From an uncultured Actinomycetes bacterium (lineage in GTDB: Bacteria; Actinomycetota; Actinomycetes; S36-B12; CAIYMF01): 32,000 bases of DNA. The translations under genes were made by a program, and so were the position numbers. The stretch covers positions 60,001 through 92,000 of the forward strand of contig CAWJMG010000003.1 in assembly GCA_963843975.1 (NCBI GenBank), in the 5' to 3' direction. Numbering within the stretch: the stretch's first letter is position 1; each line of letters starts with the position of its first letter. The notes under the pieces were generated by a model. The model was not told the DNA's origin. It saw nothing but the letters and a program-made list of their open reading frames with translations, and ran no database searches. Of the stretch, positions 9,566 through 17,694 are shown one piece after another.

Positions 9566-10054
9566 GTGGACGTCCACGACAAGCTCGACGAGCTCTCCGC
9601 CCTGGTCGAGGGCGCCCGCGCGATGCCGATGTCGGCGTCCTGCGTGGTCAACAGGGCCCAGGTGCTCGACCTCCTCGACGAGGTGCGGGCGATGCTGCCG
9701 GGCACCCTCGCGCAGGCCGACGACATCCTCGCCGAGCGCGACGGCATCGTGGCCGCCGCCCGCGTCAACGCCGCCGAGGTGCTGTCCCAGGCCGACGCCG
9801 AGGCCCGCGCCCGCGTCTCCGAGCACGAGGTCTACCGCGCCGCCCTCGCCGAGTCCGACGCCGTCCGGGCCGAGGCCGACGTCGAGGCCGAGCGCATGCG
9901 CCGCGAGACCGACGACTACGTCGACGCCAAGCTGGCCAACTTCGAGGTGGCGCTGCACAAGACCCTCGCGGCGGTCCAGAAGGGCCGCGACAAGATCCGC
10001 GGCCGCCAGGACTACGACGACCTCGGCTACGACGACGACCCGCTGCCCGGCTGA
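9566..10054 (+). CDS. DivIVA-like coiled-coil protein (SepIVA/Rv2927c-type by position and end motifs)
   Basis: 162 aa, predicted coiled coil. The N-terminal LDELSALVEGARAMPMSASCVVNRAQVLDLLDEV and C-terminal DDYVDAKLANFE resemble my recollection of the family. Its position directly upstream of yceD/DUF177 matches Rv2927c-Rv2926c. The family assignment comes from memory, not a search. Confidence 0.6.
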   Translation: MDVHDKLDELSALVEGARAMPMSASCVVNRAQVLDLLDEVRAMLPGTLAQADDILAERDGIVAAARVNAAEVLSQADAEARARVSEHEVYRAALAESDAVRAEADVEAERMRRETDDYVDAKLANFEVALHKTLAAVQKGRDKIRGRQDYDDLGYDDDPLPG

Positions 10055-10120
10055 GCCCCGCCGGTCGGTCGCCCCCCCGAGTCCGGTTTGGGCGGTACGG
10101 CGGCCCTCCGGTACCCTGGC

Positions 10121-10825
10121 GTGTCGGCCTTCGTGAGGCCGATCCCCACCGCAGCGCGGCCGGCGACCCCGGCGGCGCACCTGCACGGCCCGGAAAGGCG
10201 CATCCTGAACACGCTCGACCCCCGCTCCCCTCTCGTGCTCGACGTACGCGAGCTGGGACGCCGTGCGGGGTCGATGCGCGAGGAGTCGCTGGTCCGGGCT
10301 GCGCCGGAGGGGATCGGGATCATGTCGATCGGCGTCCCCCCGGGGAGCGACGTCGAGCTGGATCTCCGGCTCGAGTCGGTCGTCGAGGGTGTGCTCGTGT
10401 CGGGAACGGCGCGGGTGCAGCTCACGGGCGAGTGCAGCAGGTGCCTGGATGTGGTCTCCGACGAGCTGGAGGTCGACATCCAGGAGCTGTACGTCTACGA
10501 GGAGACCGATCATCGCGGTCGCCCCGTCCAGACGGACTCGGTCGAGGGTGACGACGAGGACGACGAGCAGCGGCACCTGGTCGGGGACTACCTCGACCTC
10601 GAGCCGGTGCTGCGCGACGCGGTGGTGCTCGACCTGCCGCTCGCACCCGTGTGCCGGGACGACTGCCCGGGGCTGTGCCCGCAGTGCGGGTTCCGTCTCG
10701 AGGACGACCCGAAGCACGACCACGACGTGATCGACCCGCGGTGGGCCGCCCTCGGCACACTCACCGGCGATGCGAGCACCCGCACCACAGCGTTGAACAT
10801 CGACGACCAGCAGGAAGAGGACTAA
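10121..10825 (+). CDS. yceD: YceD/DUF177 family protein (23S rRNA accumulation protein)
   Basis: CSRCL...(n)...CxxxCxGLCPxCG ([13 protein letters not shown]) is the DUF177 signature. It lies directly upstream of rpmF, as in most bacteria. The start is uncertain: in-frame candidates are TTG 10088, GTG 10121, GTG 10133 and CTG 10205. Confidence 0.85.
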   Translation: MSAFVRPIPTAARPATPAAHLHGPERRILNTLDPRSPLVLDVRELGRRAGSMREESLVRAAPEGIGIMSIGVPPGSDVELDLRLESVVEGVLVSGTARVQLTGECSRCLDVVSDELEVDIQELYVYEETDHRGRPVQTDSVEGDDEDDEQRHLVGDYLDLEPVLRDAVVLDLPLAPVCRDDCPGLCPQCGFRLEDDPKHDHDVIDPRWAALGTLTGDASTRTTALNIDDQQEED

Positions 10826-10829
10826 GGCC

Positions 10830-11006
10830 ATGGCCGTCCCGAAGCGCAAGACCTCGCGCAGCAACACCCGCCACCGCCGTTCGCAGTGGAAGGCCAAGCT
10901 GCCCCAGATCAACAAGGTCGTTCGCAACGGCCGCGTCGAGTTCGTGGTGCCCCACCGCGTCGACGCCGACGGCGAGTACAACGGCCGCCAGGTGCTCGAC
11001 GTCTGA
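10830..11006 (+). CDS. rpmF: 50S ribosomal protein L32
   Basis: This gene is not in the supplied ORF track (58 aa). Hand translation gives [58 protein letters not shown], then TGA at 11004-11006. Confidence 0.93.
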   Translation: MAVPKRKTSRSNTRHRRSQWKAKLPQINKVVRNGRVEFVVPHRVDADGEYNGRQVLDV

Positions 11007-11039
11007 GCCTCCTGGGCTCGACGTACGACCGAACGCATC

Positions 11040-11093
11040 CCGCGGCACCCGACCGCGGCCCGTCCTCCGACGAGCCGCGGTCGGGTGCCGCGG
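11040..11093 (+). terminator. 19-bp perfect inverted repeat (CCGCGGCACCCGACCGCGG ... CCGCGGTCGGGTGCCGCGG) with a 16-nt loop, downstream of rpmF
   Basis: The arms were read directly at 11040-11058 and 11075-11093. The loop CCCGTCCTCCGACGAG contains CCTCC. There is no U-tract. Confidence 0.5.
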
Positions 11094-11117
11094 CGCGTCC
11101 GGGGTTAGCCTTCGATC

Positions 11118-11390
11118 ATGATCACCGAGAACCTGGACCTCGCGGCCCGGGCCCTCGCAGTCGTGCTCGACCTCGAGGCCGTCGATCTGCGGGCTGACAG
11201 CCCGCTCGACGACCTGGGGGCCGACTCGATCGCGCGGATCCAGTGGGCCGACGTCGTCGAAGAGCTGTCGGCGGCCGCGGGCCGCCCCGTCACCGTGGAC
11301 GACTCCGCCCTGCGCGACGCCGTCGTACTGGGCGACCTCGCCGAGCACCTCGAGCCGGCGCGGCCGGCGGGCCCCGGGGGCCCGGCGTGA
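11118..11390 (+). CDS. Acyl-carrier-protein-like (PP-binding) small protein
   Basis: 90 aa. [20 protein letters not shown] matches the carrier-protein DLGxDS(L/I) phosphopantetheine-attachment helix II, and the flanking helices align to the ACP layout. Third-codon positions are strongly G/C. There is no obvious SD. Confidence 0.55.
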   Translation: MITENLDLAARALAVVLDLEAVDLRADSPLDDLGADSIARIQWADVVEELSAAAGRPVTVDDSALRDAVVLGDLAEHLEPARPAGPGGPA

Positions 11391-12134
11391 GCGCGCGCTC
11401 GCACCCGCCGCTGTCCGAGCTTCTCCGCACGCCTCTCGGTCGAGGTCGGCGAGGAGATCCTGCAGCGCGCGCTGACCCACCGCTCGTACGCCTACGAGAA
11501 CGGCGGGCTGCCCACCAACGAGCGCCTCGAGTTCCTCGGCGACTCGGTCCTCGGGCTCGTCGTCACCGACACGCTCTTCCGCACCCACCCCGACCTGCCC
11601 GAGGGCCAGCTGGCCAAGCTGCGCGCCGCGGTCGTGAACGCCAAGGCGCTCGCCGGCATCGGCCGCGGCCTGGGGCTCGGCGACCACCTGCTGCTCGGCA
11701 AGGGCGAGGAGTCGACGGGCGGGCGCGACAAGTCCTCGATCGTCGCCGACACCGTCGAGGCCGTGATCGGCGCCGTCTACATCGACTGCGGTCTCGCCGT
11801 CGCCACCGAGCTCGTGCACCGCCTGTTCGACCCGCTGATCGCGGAGTCGGCCGGTCTCGGAGCGGGCCTGGACTGGAAGACGAGCCTGCAGGAGCTCTGC
11901 GCCTCGCTCACGGCCGGCGTGCCCGAGTACGTCGTCGAGGAGAGCGGCCCCGACCACCAGAAGAGCTTCCGCGCCCGCGTCCGCGTCGGCGAGGAGATGT
12001 ACGGCGACGGCAAGGGGCGCAGCAAGAAGGAGGCCGAGCAGGAGGCCGCCGCGACGGCGTACGCCGAGCTGTCCGAGCGGCGCGAGGCCCTCCTCGCCGC
12101 CGAGGCGGGTGCCCCCTCCCGAGCGGAGGCGTAG
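11387..12134 (+). pseudogene. rnc: Ribonuclease III, interrupted by one +1 frameshift near 11421-11423
   Basis: The catalytic signature [12 protein letters not shown] and the dsRBD (DWKTSLQE...KKEAEQEAA) are in frame 0. That frame has no ATG/GTG/TTG between the upstream stop (11390) and 11634. The N-terminus (V)[11 protein letters not shown] is in frame 2, starting at GTG 11387. Confidence 0.88.
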
Positions 12135-13008
12135 TGCCCGAGCTCCCCGAGGTCGAGGTCGTGCGCCGCGGCCTGGACCGCTGGGTCGCGGGCCGCACGG
12201 TCGCGTCTGCTGCCGTCCTCCACCCGCGCGCTGCCCGACGCCACGAGGCCGGGGGCGACGACCTCGCCGCCCGGCTCGTCGGTCGCACGATCCTGACCGC
12301 GACGCGACGCGGCAAGTACCTCTGGCTCCCGCTGGACGGGCGCGGCTCGGCGCTCGTCGCGCACCTCGGCATGAGCGGGCAGCTGCTGGTGCAGCCGCGG
12401 GACAGCCCCGACGAGACGCACCTCCGCGCCCGCATCACGTTCACCGACGGCGGCCGCGAGCTGCGCTTCGTCGACCAGCGGACCTTCGGCGGCCTCGCCC
12501 TCGACGACCTCGTGCCCGACGACGCGGACGGCCGCGTTCCGGCGTCCGTGGCGCACATCGCCCGCGACCCGCTCGACCCGCTGTTCGACGACGCGCCGCT
12601 TCGTGAAGCGGCTGCGGTCGCGCCAGACGGGTCTCAAGCGGGCCCTGCTCGACCAGACGCTGGTCGAGCGGCATCGGCAACATCTACGCGGACGAGTCGC
12701 TGTGGCGGGCGCGGCTGCACTGGGCAACGCCGTCCGACGCCCTCGCGCCGGCCCGAGCCCGCGAGCTGCTCGGCCACGTCCGCGATGTCATGACCGAGGC
12801 GCTCGATCAGGGCGGCACGTCGTTCGACGCCCTCTACGTCAACGTCAACGGCGAGTCCGGCTACTTCGACGTCTCCCTCGCCGCCTACGGCCAGGCCGAC
12901 CGGCCGTGCCCGCGCTGCGGCCGCCCGATCGTGCGCGAGGCGTTCATGAACCGCTCCTCGTTCCGCTGCCCGTCGTGCCAGCGCACGCCGCGCAGCCCGC
13001 GCTGGTGA
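12134..13008 (+). pseudogene. mutM: Formamidopyrimidine-DNA glycosylase (Fpg/MutM), interrupted by two +1 frameshifts (~12599-12602 and ~12665-12666)
   Basis: Three consecutive frames carry the protein. (V)[13 protein letters not shown]... runs to ...DPLFDDA. (L)[21 protein letters not shown] follows. [15 protein letters not shown]... continues to the zinc finger CPRCG...CPSCQ. The total length minus 2 nt gives ~290 aa, typical for Fpg. Confidence 0.9.
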
Positions 13009-13286
13009 GCGAGGCCGACGCCGTCCGCATGACGGCCTGGGTCCGTGGGCGCGTGCAGGGCGTGGGGTTCCGCTGGTGGACCAGGGCACGCGCGCTCGAG
13101 CTCGGCCTCGTCGGATGGGCGCGCAACCTCGAGGACGGCCGCGTCGAGGTCGTCGCCGAGGGGGAGCGGCCTGCCTGCGAGGCACTGCTCGGGCTGCTCC
13201 GCACTGGTGGCGCACCTGGCCGGGTCGACACGGTCGTCCAGCGGTGGTCGGACGCCCGCGGCCTGCAGGGCTTCGTCGAGCGCTGA
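13005..13286 (+). CDS. acyP: Acylphosphatase
   Basis: [13 protein letters not shown]...[17 protein letters not shown] is the acylphosphatase signature. GTG 13005 overlaps the mutM stop; ATG 13029 is an alternative start. Confidence 0.88.
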   Translation: MSEADAVRMTAWVRGRVQGVGFRWWTRARALELGLVGWARNLEDGRVEVVAEGERPACEALLGLLRTGGAPGRVDTVVQRWSDARGLQGFVER

Positions 13287-13512
13287 CGTCGGGCAGCCTG
13301 TCCTGACCGGCGACGTCTCCCCGAAGGCGGGTGTGCCGCGGGTCTCACCGACGCGCGGACGGGCGGGTTGACGGCCCCGGGAACCCGCTGTCACCCTGAA
13401 TCCACCGGCCCGCGTGACGCGGAGCCATCACGACCTTCCCGCCCCCGAGGCGATCCGAGTGCCCCGAACGGCACCGATCCGCGCGCGCACCACGTGTCAA
13501 GGGAGACACCGC

Positions 13513-13713
13513 ATGTCCAAGGCGATCTACGGCCACCTGGGTTCGTCCGACGCCCTCCTCGTCGCCGAGGTGTCGCGCCTGCGCCGCCGCGTGCGCGAGC
13601 TCGAGGAGCAGCTCGCGACGTACGAGGCCATGGTGCCCTCCGACCTCGCCGGCCTCGAGCAGGTCGACGTCACGCTGCGCGAGCTCCCGGCGGACGCACC
13701 CGCGCTCGCCTGA
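13513..13713 (+). CDS. Small hypothetical coiled-coil protein (66 aa)
   Basis: ATG 13513 is preceded by GGGAGA 6 nt upstream. LLVAEVSRLRRRVRELEEQLATYE shows a heptad-like pattern. High GC3. Followed by a terminator hairpin. No function could be recognised. Confidence 0.5.
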   Translation: MSKAIYGHLGSSDALLVAEVSRLRRRVRELEEQLATYEAMVPSDLAGLEQVDVTLRELPADAPALA

Positions 13714-13725
13714 GCCACCCCTGAT

Positions 13726-13760
13726 GCCGCGGCTCCCCACGGGGACCGCGGCTTCTTCCT
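13726..13760 (+). terminator. Intrinsic-terminator-like hairpin (GCCGCGG(C)TCC / GGACCGCGGC) followed by TTCTTCCT
   Basis: The inverted repeat was read directly. It starts 13 nt after the stop at 13713 and has a pyrimidine/T-rich tail. Confidence 0.55.
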
Positions 13761-13782
13761 GTCCGGGGGCCGTGTCCGGGGG

Positions 13783-13810
13783 TCGACACGTGCAAGGGCC
13801 CGGATAGGGT
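13783..13810 (+). promoter_or_regulatory. Candidate sigma-70-type promoter for smc (TCGACA-N16-TAGGGT)
   Basis: The -35 TCGACA matches TTGACA at 5 of 6 positions. TAGGGT fits the actinobacterial TAnnnT -10. The site is ~70 nt upstream of the smc GTG. This is a pattern match only. Confidence 0.3.
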
Positions 13811-13881
13811 GAGCGCACTTCCCCCGCCTGGTCGACGTGCCCGGTGAAACCCCAGCCACCGAAGCGCCTGGAGCATCTCGC

Positions 13882-16800
13882 GTGCACCTGAAGAGCCTGA
13901 CCCTGCGGGGCTTCAAGTCCTTCGCGTCCTCGACGACCCTGCACTTCGAGCCGGGCATCACCTGCGTGGTCGGCCCCAACGGCTCGGGCAAGTCCAACGT
14001 CGTCGACGCCATCGCCTGGGTGATGGGCGAGCAGGGTGCCAAGAGCCTGCGCGGCGGCAAGATGGAGGACGTCATCTTCGCCGGCACGTCCGGCCGTCCG
14101 CCGCTCGGCCGCGCCGAGGTTCTCCTCACGATCGACAACCACGACGGCGTCCTGCCGATCGACTACGCCGAGGTCACCATCTCGCGGACGATGTTCCGCA
14201 ACGGCGGGTCCGAGTACGCCATCAACGGCACCCCGTGCCGCCTGCTCGACGTGCAGGAGCTGCTCTCGGACTCCGGCATCGGCCGCGAGATGCACGTGAT
14301 CGTCGGCCAGGGCAAGCTCGACGAGATCCTCTCGGCCTCGCCCGAGGACCGCCGCGGCTTCGTCGAGGAGGCGGCCGGAGTCCTGAAGCACCGCAAGCGC
14401 AAGGAGAAGGCGCTCCGCAAGCTCGACGCGATGCAGGCCAACCTCACGCGCCTGCAGGACCTCACCACCGAGCTCCGCCGCCAGCTCAAGCCCCTCGGCA
14501 AGCAGGCCGAGGTAGCCCGCCGCGCGGCCGTCATCCAGGCCGACCTCCGCGACTCGCGCCTCCGCCTCATCGCCGACGACCTCATCACCCTGCGGGACGC
14601 CGTCCAGCAGGAGGTGGCCGACGAGACGTCGCTGCGCGAGCGCCGCGGCGAGGTCGAGTCCGAGGCTCGCAGGCGCCCAGGCGCGCGAGTCCGTGCTCGA
14701 GGCCGAGATGGCCGGCGAGGCGCCGACCCTCGCCCGCACCCAGGACACCTGGTTCCGCCTGTCGTCGCTGCGCGAGCGGGTCTCGAGCACCGCTGCGCTC
14801 GCGGCCGAGCGCGTGCGCCTGCTCGCCCCCGAGCCGGAGGAGGAGCGGCGCGGCCGCGATCCCGAGGAGCTCGACGCCGACGCCCGTGCCGCCCGCGAGG
14901 AGGAGGCATCGCTCGGTCGCGAGGTCGCCGCTGCTCGCGAGGTGCTCGCCGGTGCCGTCACGCACCGCGCCGAGGCCGAGGGTGCCCACGCGGCGGAGGA
15001 GCAGCGGCTCACGGCCCTGCTGCGCGCTGCAGCCGACCGCCGTGAGGGCCTCGTCCGCCTCACCGGCCAGGTCCACGCCGCGACCTCGCGCCTCGAGGCC
15101 CGCGCGGCCGAGCTTCGAGCGGCTGTCCGCCCAGGCCGCCGACGCCCGGGCCCGCGCCGACAAGGCCAACGCCGACTTCCACGCGCTCGAGACCCAGGTC
15201 GCCGGGCTCGACGAGGGCGAGGTCGGGCTCGACGAGGAGCACGAGATCGCCTCCGCCGAGCTCGCCGCCGCCGACTCCCGCGTCCAGGCCCTGCGCCTCG
15301 AGGAGCAGGAGGCCGAGCGCGAGCGCCACGCCCTCACCGCGCGCGTCGAGGCGCTCGAGCTGGGCCTCGCCCGCAAGGACGGCGGCGCCGCCGTGCTCGC
15401 CGCCGGCGACCGCCTCTCCGGCGTCCTCGGCACCGTCGCAGCGCTGCTGCGCGTCCGCCCGGGCTACGAGGCCGCGGTCTCCGCAGCGCTCGGCCCGCTG
15501 GCCGACGCCGTCGCCGTCGGCTCGGTGTCCCAGGCCGTCGACGCCCTCACGCTCCTGAAGTCCGACGACTCCGGGCGCGCGTCGATCCTCGTGGGCGGAG
15601 CCTCCGCGCCTGACCGCTCGTCGTGGCCTGCGCTCCCCGCCGGTGCCTCGTGGGCGCTCGACGTCGTCGAGGCCCCCGAGGCCCTGCGCGGCTCCGTCGC
15701 CGTGGCGCTCGCCCGCGTGGCCGTCGTCGACGACCTCGCGATCGCGCGCTCGCTCGTCCAGCAGCACGACGTCGTGGCGGTCACCCGCGACGGCGACGTC
15801 GTCGCGGCCGGTGTGGTGCACGGCGGATCGGCGTCCGCACCCTCGCTGCTCGAGGTGCAGGCCGCGGTCGACGAGGCTCGGGCGAAGCTTGCCGACGCCT
15901 CCCACCGCACCGAGCGCGCGAAGTTCGAGCTGGTCGGCGCCGTCCAGGCGGTCGAGGCCGCGCAGCACCGCGTCGACTCCGCACTGTCGCGGCTGCACGA
16001 GTCCGACGCGCGCATGGCCGCCGTCGCCGAGCAGCTCGGCCAGCTGGGCTCCGCGTCGCGCGCCGCCTCGGGCGAGGCCGAGCGCATCGCCGCGGGCACG
16101 GCGTCGGCCACCGCCGCTCGCGACGCCGATCAGACCACGCTCGAGGAGCTCACCGCACGGCTCGAGGCCGCACAGGCGACGCCCGACGAGGGCGAGCCCT
16201 CGCACGAGGAGCGCGACCGTCTCGCCGAGGCCGCGGTGCTCGCCCGTCAGGCCGAGGTCGAGGCCCGCCTCGCGGTGCGCACCGGCGAGGAGCGCGTCCG
16301 CGCCCTGGCCGGCCGCGCCGAGCAGCTCGAGCAGGCGGCCAACGCCGAGCGCGCCGCCCGCGCCCGCTCGGCCGAGCGCCGCGAGTCGCGCGCGCGTGCG
16401 GCCGCCGTCGCCCTGGCCGTCCGCGCCGGTGCCACGGCCACGCTGGCCCGCATCGACATCTCGCTCGCCGTCGCCGCGAGCGAGCGCGACGCCGCCGAGC
16501 AGGCCCGCACCGTCCGCGAGGGCGAGCTGCTCGCTCTGCGCACGCGCACGCGCGAGCTGCAGACCGAGCTCGAGGCGCTCACGTCCTCGGTGCACCGCGA
16601 CGAGATGGCCCGCGCCGAGCAGCGCATGCGGATCGAGCAGCTCGAGGCCCGTGCGATGGAGGAGTTCGGCGTCGACGCCGAGACCCTCGAGACCGAGTAC
16701 GCGCCCGACGTCCTGGTGCCGCCGTCGATGATCGCCCCCGGCGACGAGATCGACCCGGAGGCTCCCGAGCCCGAGGCTTACCCCTACGTGCGCGAGGAGC

Positions 16801-17501
16801 AGGAGAAGCGGATGCGCTCCGCCGAGCGCTCGCTGAACCTGCTGGGCAAGGTCAACCCGCTCGCGCTCGAGGAGTTCTCGGCCCTCGAGGAGCGGCACCG
16901 GTTCCTCAACGAGCAGCTCGACGACCTCAAGCGCTCGCGCGCCGAGCTCCTCGGCATCATCACCGAGGTCGACGCCCGCGTGCAGCAGGTGTTCGCCGAG
17001 GCGTACGCCGACGTCGAGCGCGAGTTCGAGCGGATCTTCGCGCGGCTCTTCCCGGGCGGCGAGGGTCGGCTGCTGCTCACCGACCCGGGCGACCTGCTCA
17101 CGACCGGCATCGACGTCGAGGCCCGGCCGCCGGGCAAGAAGGTCAAGCGCCTGTCGCTGCTCTCGGGCGGCGAGCGTTCGCTGACCGCGGTGGCCTTCCT
17201 CGTCGCGCTGTTCAAGGCGCGGCCGAGCCCCTTCTACATCATGGACGAGGTCGAGGCCGCGCTCGACGACGTCAACCTCCAGCGCCTGCTCGGCATCATG
17301 GAGGAGCTGCGCGAGGACTCCCAGCTGCTGGTCATCACCCACCAGAAGCGCACGATGGAGATCGCCGACGCGCTGTACGGCGTCTCGATGCGCGGCGACG
17401 GCGTCACCACCGTGATCGGCCAGCGCATGTCCTCGCACCGCAGCGGCGACGACGACGGCGCCGACCCCATCGACGTCAGCGACAGCGCAGTCCCCGCGTA
17501 G
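13882..17501 (+). pseudogene. smc: Chromosome partition protein SMC, interrupted by two +1 frameshifts (~14665 and ~15114-15116)
   Basis: The start is (V)[13 protein letters not shown]. Motifs: Walker [10 protein letters not shown], signature LSGGERSL, Walker B FYIMDEVEAALD. The protein runs through three frames: 13882-14664, 14666-15115 and 15117-17501. Length minus 2 nt gives ~1205 aa. Confidence 0.92.
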
Positions 17502-17515
17502 TCCGGGCAACATCC

Positions 17516-17583
17516 GTGCAGTTCAACTGCAGGATCCTTCCCTTAGGGAAGAACAACGCAGCTCAACTGCACGATCCTTACCC
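17516..17583. repeat. AT-rich dyad/direct-repeat element in the smc-ftsY intergenic region
   Basis: Two 22-nt direct repeats, GCAGTTCAACTGCAGGATCCTT (17518-17539) and GCAGCTCAACTGCACGATCCTT (17558-17579), match at 20 of 22 positions. Each starts with a 13-bp palindrome (GCAGTT-C-AACTGC). They flank a CTTCCC-TTA-GGGAAG hairpin. Local GC is ~50%, against ~70%+ in the flanks. Confidence 0.6.
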
Positions 17584-17694
17584 GGAGTCGTGATCTTGCT
17601 CGGGGGTGCGGCGGGGGCGTCGTGCTGAGCCCGGCCTTTCGGGGCGGGTGCAGCGCGTGTCACCGGTCCGTGCGGGCTCTGGGAGGATGACGGC

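Noticed and set aside
13345-17513. Very long minus-strand ORFs (13345..15063, 572 aa; 15060..17513, 817 aa). Similar ones occur elsewhere: 695..2245, 3011..4609, 4987..6852, 9500..11038, 21670..24186, 22793..25015, 24360..26105 and 26131..28386.
   Set aside because: They lie antisense to genes with unmistakable conserved motifs (smc, recG, glnD, ffh, rimM/trmD and others). Their products are Arg/Ala/Gly/Pro-rich low-complexity sequence with no recognisable domains. Stop-codon scarcity in ~70%+ GC DNA produces such ORFs routinely.
17526-17538. Adjacent PstI (CTGCAG) and BamHI (GGATCC) sites, suggesting cloning-vector or polylinker contamination.
   Set aside because: The surrounding sequence does not match any common polylinker I know. 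The second repeat copy carries diverged versions (CTGCAC, CGATCC), which indicates native repeat evolution rather than vector sequence.
17516-17593. A 25-codon micro-ORF (GTG 17516, VQFNCRILPLGKNNAAQLHDPYPES) in the smc-ftsY spacer.
   Set aside because: It is rich in codons that are rare for this genome (AGG, CTT, TTA, GCA, GCT, CAA, GAT, CCT) and has no SD. The sequence is better explained by the repeat and palindrome structure.
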